From a virus (taxonomy: Duplodnaviria; Caudoviricetes): a stretch of 64,000 bases of DNA. The position numbers and the translations under genes are program-made. How positions within the stretch are numbered: the first letter of the stretch is position 1; each line of letters begins with the position of its first letter. Under the pieces are notes generated by a model. The model saw only the letters and a program-made list of their open reading frames with translations, did not search any database and had not been told where the DNA came from. The DNA lies in IMG/VR virus record IMGVR_UViG_3300019874_000002, positions 54,720 to 118,719 of that record. The stretch is one strand, 5' to 3'. Of this stretch, positions 58,754 through 64,000 are shown one piece after another.

Positions 58754-58787
58754 TTGGGGCCAAGTATCCTACGTTGGGGCCAAGTAT
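58754..58787. promoter_or_regulatory. Tandem operator-like sites TTGGGGCCAAGTAT x2
   Basis: Copies at 58754-58767 and 58774-58787, 20-bp period, each containing the dyad TTGG-NN-CCAA, in a divergent intergenic gap. Confidence 0.55.
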
Positions 58788-58857
58788 GTTTGGCCGCACC
58801 CAGCGAATTGCAAACTTATGACGCGCTGACGACGCCTCCCCGAGGCAATATCCGCCC

Positions 58858-59037
58858 ATGTCGCGTGCTTGGGTGGCGAACGAAGCAAATGGGCTTTACC
58901 ATTCGTGTGGGCGCCCTCGCGGCGCCAAACGCAAAAACAAAACGCGATGCACTGATTGCGCTAAACGAGACGCTGCTTACGACACTCGCAAACGAGAAGC
59001 GAAGCGTAAAGCAAAACTCGCGCAATCAAGCATCTAG
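58858..59037 (+). CDS. Small basic zinc-finger protein (59 aa)
   Basis: Hand-translated MSRAWVANEANGLYHSCGRP...RCTDCAKR...; below the track cutoff. Confidence 0.5.
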   Translation: MSRAWVANEANGLYHSCGRPRGAKRKNKTRCTDCAKRDAAYDTRKREAKRKAKLAQSSI

Positions 59038-59052
59038 CATCGGCGGTGGGTT

Positions 59053-59316
59053 GTGACATTCGCGGCGCTGTGGAAGCGCTACGCGGATCGAAGATTGCTA
59101 AAAAGCAATTTTCGATCTAAATCCCACATCCTTGTTAGCTACATAACCCAATACAAAGACCTTCGATCTAAAAAAATTAACCTATTGTGTAAAATTGATA
59201 GACGATTAATTAGAAATTCAGCTATTATTGAGTGGCATCTAGAAAGCGGTCATCCGACATGTTGCGCACTGTGTTTCGAGAGTATGAAGGCATACTCACT
59301 TCCAGGAGGAGATTAA
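59053..59316 (+). CDS. WKRR-tagged H-C-CxxC protein
   Basis: MTFAALWKRY...SHIL...LLCK...CALC. Confidence 0.6.
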   Translation: MTFAALWKRYADRRLLKSNFRSKSHILVSYITQYKDLRSKKINLLCKIDRRLIRNSAIIEWHLESGHPTCCALCFESMKAYSLPGGD

Positions 59317-59320
59317 AAAA

Positions 59321-59884
59321 GTGCATGTAATTGTAGCAGACGCAAGTTTGAAAAAAGGTGTATGTGGAATCGGAGTTGTCCTAGTAAATGAATATGGTCA
59401 TGAAGTAACGAGACACCAAGAAAAGCTCACCGCGATTTCGCATTCGCACGACGCTGAGCTAAACGCGATTAGAGTTGGTATTCAGAAGTTTGGGCACATC
59501 AGCCAATTGATTTACAACGATTGTAGAAAGGCTATCCAATTAGCCAGGCACGCGGTCTGGCGTTTACCTGACGTGCGCATCGAATGGATGCCTGAACACT
59601 TGAGAGGAACCTATTTGCATTTTGTGGCTCACGAGCTGAGCGTCATGGCCAGGAGAATCAAGATGATTTACGTCAAGCACACAACGCCAAGTCTCTCTCC
59701 GAGGTACCGAGGATATCCATCGATTAAAGAAGCCATTGAAGCGGTCTGCAAAGCTTCGCACGAACCTTCAGAAGATATCAGGCTGGCGCTCTTTAATACA
59801 GAACCATCGCTGTTCAAACTTGGAGAGGATGAATGGTCTGTCATCTCGGAGGAAGAATTTACAAAGATGGACGACCGACCGTGA
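59321..59884 (+). CDS. RNase H-like protein with C-terminal extension
   Basis: ADAS...GIGVV, AELNAI, IYNDC, IEW; an internal AGGAG-ATG at 59663 suggests a second start. Confidence 0.75.
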   Translation: MHVIVADASLKKGVCGIGVVLVNEYGHEVTRHQEKLTAISHSHDAELNAIRVGIQKFGHISQLIYNDCRKAIQLARHAVWRLPDVRIEWMPEHLRGTYLHFVAHELSVMARRIKMIYVKHTTPSLSPRYRGYPSIKEAIEAVCKASHEPSEDIRLALFNTEPSLFKLGEDEWSVISEEEFTKMDDRP

Positions 59885-60231
59885 ATATCATCGAACAAAT
59901 AGAAGCACTAACTGAACTGTACCGTTTGCAATTGGGACTCATCGCTTGGGAAGATTTTCAAACAGCAGCTGAGATCAACAACAATCAAAAGAAGATAAAC
60001 AGCCACACTCAATCAGGGAGAACTGAACGAGACATCTTACGCGCGATCGCTGCCTGCACCATGACCAATGTCAAATACATCGCTGTACTTGAAGACTGCA
60101 ATCGAACGTACAGAAAGCGAATCTACAAGCGACTAGAGAATCTCAATTTGCTAGACATCCGTGTCATATGGCATTCGGAATACATCGGCCCTTGTGTTCG
60201 CTACCTGGACCACTCCAACTCCAATGGATGA
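59881..60231 (+). CDS. Hypothetical protein
   Basis: GTGA overlap with upstream gene; QSGRT resembles a degenerate P-loop. Confidence 0.45.
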   Translation: MNIIEQIEALTELYRLQLGLIAWEDFQTAAEINNNQKKINSHTQSGRTERDILRAIAACTMTNVKYIAVLEDCNRTYRKRIYKRLENLNLLDIRVIWHSEYIGPCVRYLDHSNSNG

Positions 60232-60415
60232 TAGATTCAGCCCACCGATGCTTAGGCAAACGCAATTAAACTTGTGCGTTCCTAGCAAGAATGACTTTGT
60301 ACTGTATTGTCGTGAATGCCCTTGGGTGGGTCAAACCAACGCGGCACACGCACGATCGTCTAAATGCCCTGTTTGCGATAACCACAGCATTAGGATTTGG
60401 AAGCATGTTTCGTAA
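60225..60415 (+). CDS. Small zinc-ribbon protein
   Basis: CRECPWVG...CPVC. Confidence 0.5.
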
Positions 60416-60944
60416 ACAAACCTCCACTCAAACCGCTGAGCGATTCATCGCGCTATATACGCGTCCGATTTCTCCACCAAGCATCAGCCCAGAGTTTGGG
60501 ACAACCTACTTTTGGCGCAATCCACCACGCTGCAATCGTTGTCACCAAGAAGGCCACAGGCGCAAGCACTGCCAGAACATGTGCTCGCCCTACACCAAAG
60601 GAGAGAAGGCAGCTCGCTGGGCAATCACCTATGGTAAAAGCCGCATTGAAGCGGCTGCCCAATTCGGCATCAACCCACTGACTGTGGAGCGTGCTCGGCA
60701 CAGCTTGAGATTGCCGAGATTCCTCGAGTCCCCTATCAAGAGGCGACCTCCCAAAGTACCCCTATTCGTAAGGCGCTCGATTCGGAATATTGGCTGGGCA
60801 GCGGTTCTCTGGATGACAGCCAAGCCAGACGAGCGACTAATCCAAGAGACCCTTTGCTTCTGCTGTCCCCAATTTAGCTGCACGAAGTGTCAGCCAAAGG
60901 CGAACAATCATGCCTCTCAAAGTATTGTGGGCGCGACGAGCTAA
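60405..60944 (+). CDS. CCHC zinc-knuckle plus HTH-like protein
   Basis: CNRCHQEGHRRKHC; SRIEAAAQFGINPLTVERA; start at MFRKQ assumed. Confidence 0.55.
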   Translation: MFRKQTSTQTAERFIALYTRPISPPSISPEFGTTYFWRNPPRCNRCHQEGHRRKHCQNMCSPYTKGEKAARWAITYGKSRIEAAAQFGINPLTVERARHSLRLPRFLESPIKRRPPKVPLFVRRSIRNIGWAAVLWMTAKPDERLIQETLCFCCPQFSCTKCQPKANNHASQSIVGATS

Positions 60945-61098
60945 CAAAAAAGAGCGGCGCACCTTCAAAGATGGAAACGAAGGTGCGCCGCTCCATTCGG
61001 ACACATTACACTTTTCAAACTTAGCAGACTTAGGTCGATCGTTATCCATTTTTTACGGATCCAACCTTACGACCTTTACGACGACGAAGAAGGATTAA
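60910..61098 (+). CDS. Small protein with WKRR-like tag
   Basis: MPLKVLWARR. Confidence 0.4.
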   Translation: MPLKVLWARRANKKERRTFKDGNEGAPLHSDTLHFSNLADLGRSLSIFYGSNLTTFTTTKKD

Positions 61099-61149
61099 TC
61101 TACTTCGCAGCCGTGCGAATGGTTTCACTCCTGAGTAGCAATCTCTTCT

Positions 61150-61335
61150 TCATTTGAACATTACTCTCTTCTGAAGATTGTCCAACGTCTCTGCATTGCG
61201 TGAAGTAAATCTATCCGGTTTGGCGCCGTAATCCGTTTGGTAGCTTCGATGCCAGGTGCTATCGAGCATTGGTCCACGCGGACGCCAAACAATTAGCAAC
61301 ATCCAAACCCACGCACATACAACAGCTGCGATCAC
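61150..61335 (-). CDS. Small membrane-anchored protein
   Basis: N-terminal hydrophobic stretch; directly follows precursor 4. Confidence 0.4.
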   Translation of the reverse strand: MIAAVVCAWVWMLLIVWRPRGPMLDSTWHRSYQTDYGAKPDRFTSRNAETLDNLQKRVMFK

Positions 61336-61341
61336 TGTTGC

Positions 61342-61554
61342 TCAACAAGTCCCTGAACAGTGCGGCGACTCACTGACACAAGACGGATTTTGAAACGTCA
61401 CGCATGCGTTCAGAGGCCGACTGTCACAGAGGTCGCTGCACGTCCCTGCAATGGTATTGTAGGGAGGTTCACCTCCATGTACCGAGCCGAGATGGGTGAG
61501 CACGCGGATCGTCTCGCGCTTCAAAGACAGATTCAATCGATTGAGCTTCTTCAT
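61342..61554 (-). CDS. Lanthipeptide-type RiPP precursor 4
   Basis: MKKLNRLNLSLKRETIRVL...VHGG, core with 6 Cys ending HCSGTC. Confidence 0.8.
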   Translation of the reverse strand: MKKLNRLNLSLKRETIRVLTHLGSVHGGEPPYNTIAGTCSDLCDSRPLNACVTFQNPSCVSESPHCSGTC

Positions 61555-61571
61555 TTTCTTTCAGTTTCCTT

Positions 61572-61790
61572 TCACGTTTCCAATGTTGCCTTCTGACAAG
61601 CATCAATTAAAGTAATCAAGGCTTGTTTAGCATCTCGAGACGTCGGTGTGGGCAATTGAATAATTCGCCCTCCACACGAGATGAAGTTTATCGCAGCTTC
61701 GGCAATGTTTAATACTACAAGCCATCGGTCAAATACCTCATCAGTTTGGTCAAGCAACTCATGGCGCAATTGCTGGATGAGTACGGTCAC
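61572..61790 (-). CDS. Hypothetical protein
   Basis: 72 aa, GGAGG RBS, GTGA overlap. Confidence 0.5.
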   Translation of the reverse strand: MTVLIQQLRHELLDQTDEVFDRWLVVLNIAEAAINFISCGGRIIQLPTPTSRDAKQALITLIDACQKATLET

Positions 61791-62065
61791 TTTATTCCTC
61801 CTTGTGGGACTAGACGCGCAGTCTGATTACTAAAATACGCAAAACGACGTGCACACAGTAGACACTTTGTCCGATGATTCTCCGCATCAAACGACATCCA
61901 CGTTACCGATGCCATGTCAAATTGCCGAACGTGACAGAGCTGTAGCGGAATGGTCTCGATGAACTGATCTTGAAAGCTAGCACGTGAATCGTCGCTAATA
62001 TCTTTTACAACGATGTGCACAAAAGTAAACTGTAAACGACGTTTCCACAGCGCTGCTAGAGTCAT
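61787..62065 (-). CDS. WKRR-tagged H-C-CxxC protein
   Basis: MTLAALWKRR...VHIV...QLCH...KCLLC. Confidence 0.65.
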   Translation of the reverse strand: MTLAALWKRRLQFTFVHIVVKDISDDSRASFQDQFIETIPLQLCHVRQFDMASVTWMSFDAENHRTKCLLCARRFAYFSNQTARLVPQGGIK

Positions 62066-62346
62066 CGTGCTACATCCATAACTTCTACTTTCAATATCAC
62101 ATGAGGTTTATAATAAATATTTTCACAATTTTTACAGCTAATGGGTTGCTGATACTTTTTAACTTCAACAACCAATTTATCGTTGTCCCACCATGTCGAA
62201 CTATAATACTGTTCTCGATGTTCTTTGAAAAAATCCTCTGAATCGAATGCCTCACACAGTGTAACACTGGGGTACTTGTGCAGAAGGATGTGAACAATAA
62301 ACTGGTTGCTCACACCACGACGTTTCCAAAGCGTTGATAGAGTCAT
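62062..62346 (-). CDS. WKRR-tagged H-C-CxxC protein
   Basis: MTLSTLWKRR...VHIL...TLCE...SCKNC. Confidence 0.65.
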   Translation of the reverse strand: MTLSTLWKRRGVSNQFIVHILLHKYPSVTLCEAFDSEDFFKEHREQYYSSTWWDNDKLVVEVKKYQQPISCKNCENIYYKPHVILKVEVMDVAR

Positions 62347-62643
62347 TCAACCGCGTCCAATTGTGCTTCGCTGCGCAACGTACTCACGCCAGCATTCGAT
62401 TGCTTGCTCATTTAATGTTTGTTCGCCCCACGCTGCAACGTGCTTAGGCATCGAGGTCAGCCATTTGTCTAGCTCCTGTTCTGTTGGAGCATGCGAGAAA
62501 TGGAACCGAAGTGCCGCACGTTTGAAGCCGGCAACGAATGCATTGCGTTGGAGAGTACATTGCGAGCAAAGGTCTGCCTCGATTGGTTTTGAAATGTCCC
62601 ATTCGGCACCACAAGCAAAGCAGCTCATTTTAATCAGCTCCAT
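62347..62643 (-). CDS. Zinc-finger protein
   Basis: CFACG...CSQC. Confidence 0.55.
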   Translation of the reverse strand: MELIKMSCFACGAEWDISKPIEADLCSQCTLQRNAFVAGFKRAALRFHFSHAPTEQELDKWLTSMPKHVAAWGEQTLNEQAIECWREYVAQRSTIGRG

Positions 62644-62789
62644 TTATTCACAGCCAAGCAAATCCACAGCGATTACATTTGCTCATTAAATTGTCCAGTA
62701 GTTCGTGAGGACACTTTGCCTTACACCTTGGACATGGCATATCGATGACGGTTCGCTTCGGTTCGGTACCTCTAGACATACGTCGAAGG

Positions 62790-62828
62790 TCAACACATTT
62801 TCTCCTCTGTGTCAAGAAAATGTGTTGA
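62790..62828. promoter_or_regulatory. 14-bp inverted repeat in a divergent intergenic region
   Basis: TCAACACATTTTCT (62790-62803) / AGAAAATGTGTTGA (62815-62828). Confidence 0.65.
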
Positions 62829-62865
62829 AAAAATCAATGGCTCCTGATTCAATTAGGAAGACCTT

Positions 62866-63291
62866 ATGAAGCACATTAAACAACCAACGAAAACCAGCTG
62901 TGGTCAAACATGCCTAGCAATGATTGCAGGCATTACACCGGAAGAGGTTTTCAAACTTCTCCCTGACACCTCCGAAGGAGCGCGCCCTAAGCAATTGAGA
63001 GCAATCGCACCACTGCTCGGCTTCTTGCTCGGTAGACCTGGCAAAACTCCCCTTGTCATAAAGCCACGAGGTGTTTTCATTGCACGTGTAATCATCCCAA
63101 TCCAAGGCGTTAGGTCTCGACGTGGTTGGACTATGACCAGTCATTTTATTGTTTACGATTGCAATCCTCGTGCACCAATCATTCACGACCCTAGTCAAAA
63201 TCAAAGAGAGAACGCTATCTCGTACCTGTCTCGACTGGAACAAGAACACAGCAGATTGATTAGCCTGATGCGTGTCTGGTACATGCTGTAA
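62866..63291 (+). CDS. Stand-alone C39-family cysteine peptidase
   Basis: HIKQPTKTSCGQTCLAM (oxyanion Gln and catalytic Cys), HFIVYD (His), IHDPS (Asp); AGGA RBS. Confidence 0.82.
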   Translation: MKHIKQPTKTSCGQTCLAMIAGITPEEVFKLLPDTSEGARPKQLRAIAPLLGFLLGRPGKTPLVIKPRGVFIARVIIPIQGVRSRRGWTMTSHFIVYDCNPRAPIIHDPSQNQRENAISYLSRLEQEHSRLISLMRVWYML

Positions 63292-63296
63292 ATCAT

Positions 63297-63328
63297 CAAC
63301 ACATTTGTCTCCCAACACATTTGTCTCC
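63297..63328. repeat. 16-bp tandem duplication
   Basis: CAACACATTTGTCTCC x2. Confidence 0.85.
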
Positions 63329-63514
63329 AATTACAAACTCAATTTTCCACCTAAGGTAGTAGCACGCCCTTCCTCCCCCGGACCTATCGAACCAGACTTC
63401 ACATTGACCACTCCATCTGAGATCGCACATTGTACCTGCAACCATGATTCACATTCCTATAGTGCACATTGTAAAACATCATTCAAATGTCTACCGTGTA
63501 CGACAGACCTCCAA

Positions 63515-63596
63515 ACACCTCAATTATGGTGAACCGTGTGCTAATAGCGTGGCATACACCTCAATTATGGTGAACCGTGTGCTAATAGCGTGGCAT
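63515..63596. repeat. 41-bp exact tandem duplication
   Basis: ACACCTCAATTATGGTGAACCGTGTGCTAATAGCGTGGCAT x2. Confidence 0.9.
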
Positions 63597-63838
63597 AGAG
63601 AACATCGTGTCCTTGCTTGCTTGCCGTGATACCTGGATACCCAGATCTTAGGTATCGCGTCGTGTTTTGCAGGCATGCTCTTTTGAAACTGTTCTGCAGT
63701 TGCTTCGCACAATGGCGCTTCCAGAGTAGCTAACCATATGTGCGCTACAGATTGATCTGTGGTTGTGCGTTCTGTAGCTGCACACTGTGCAAGCGATCTA
63801 CGTCTCCACAATGAGGGAAGCGTCATGCTGATGCTCAT
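63524..63838 (-). CDS. WKRR-tagged H-C-CxxC protein
   Basis: (MSIS)MTLPSLWRRR...AHIW...PLCE...RCSLC. Confidence 0.6.
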   Translation of the reverse strand: MSISMTLPSLWRRRSLAQCAATERTTTDQSVAHIWLATLEAPLCEATAEQFQKSMPAKHDAIPKIWVSRYHGKQARTRCSLCHAISTRFTIIEVYATLLAHGSP

Positions 63839-63969
63839 TTCTTCTCTGCAATGGTCGCCAGAGCGTGCATTGCAAGGATCCTCCCATTACGCAGTATTCC
63901 ATTACGCAGTATTCCATTACGCAGTATTCCATTACGCAGTATTCCATTACGCAGTATTTGCTCCTGCAT
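63835..63969 (-). CDS. 44-aa peptide with (ILRNG)x5
   Basis: Hand-translated MQEQ(ILRNG)5RILAMHALATIAEKK; GAGGG RBS; ATGA overlap with the next gene. Confidence 0.45.
   Translation of the reverse strand: MQEQILRNGILRNGILRNGILRNGILRNGRILAMHALATIAEKK
63884..63958. repeat. 15-bp tandem repeat x5
   Basis: CCATTACGCAGTATT, five exact copies. Confidence 0.95.
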
Positions 63970-64000
63970 TGCCCTCTTATTGCACAGGATCTCGGCTTTA

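Noticed and set aside
57395-59056. 553-aa plus-strand ORF
   Set aside because: Antisense shadow of the GC-rich minus-strand genes 57481-58705; Arg/Ser/Cys-rich with no recognisable motifs.
63515-63958. Possible CRISPR array
   Set aside because: The repeats are directly adjacent with no unique spacers, and no cas genes are present.
1-64000. tRNA/rRNA genes, integrase, transposase, introns or inteins, stop-codon reassignment
   Set aside because: None recognised by eye; genes pack tightly under the standard code. A tRNAscan/Infernal run was not possible.

Overview
The window is a 64-kb segment of a large contractile-tailed (myovirus) phage genome whose structural gene order resembles SPO1/Twort-like phages. 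From about 1 to 44.5 kb a minus-strand late region runs, in transcription order: head-cargo genes, portal, several large head-associated enzymes (sigma-like, Nudix+2H phosphoesterase, SNF2 helicase), MuF, a kinase, prohead protease, scaffold, major capsid protein, neck, sheath, tube, chaperones, tape measure, baseplate and fibres. From about 44.5 to 64 kb is an accessory region with ParB-like, DUF4417-like, Tad1-like, GH25 endolysin/holin, Dam-type methylase, RNase H-like and many small zinc-finger genes. Main observations: (1) four dispersed lanthipeptide-type precursor genes (LxLx[KR]x5L leader, Gly-Gly, Cys/Ser/Thr-rich variable core) and a stand-alone C39 peptidase, with no synthetase in the window; (2) a 69-aa protein carrying a diverged copy of major capsid residues 52-78; (3) seven small proteins sharing an N-terminal MTLxxLW[KR]R tag; (4) a canonical -1 frameshift signal joining two head-cluster ORFs; (5) head-cargo proteins punctuated by shared K|[AGS] sites and GSRGG modules; (6) a structured non-coding region near 50.1-50.5 kb. 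All functional calls come from motif recognition by eye and gene order; no database searches were run. No terminase, tRNA, rRNA or CRISPR array was recognised, and the host cannot be determined.
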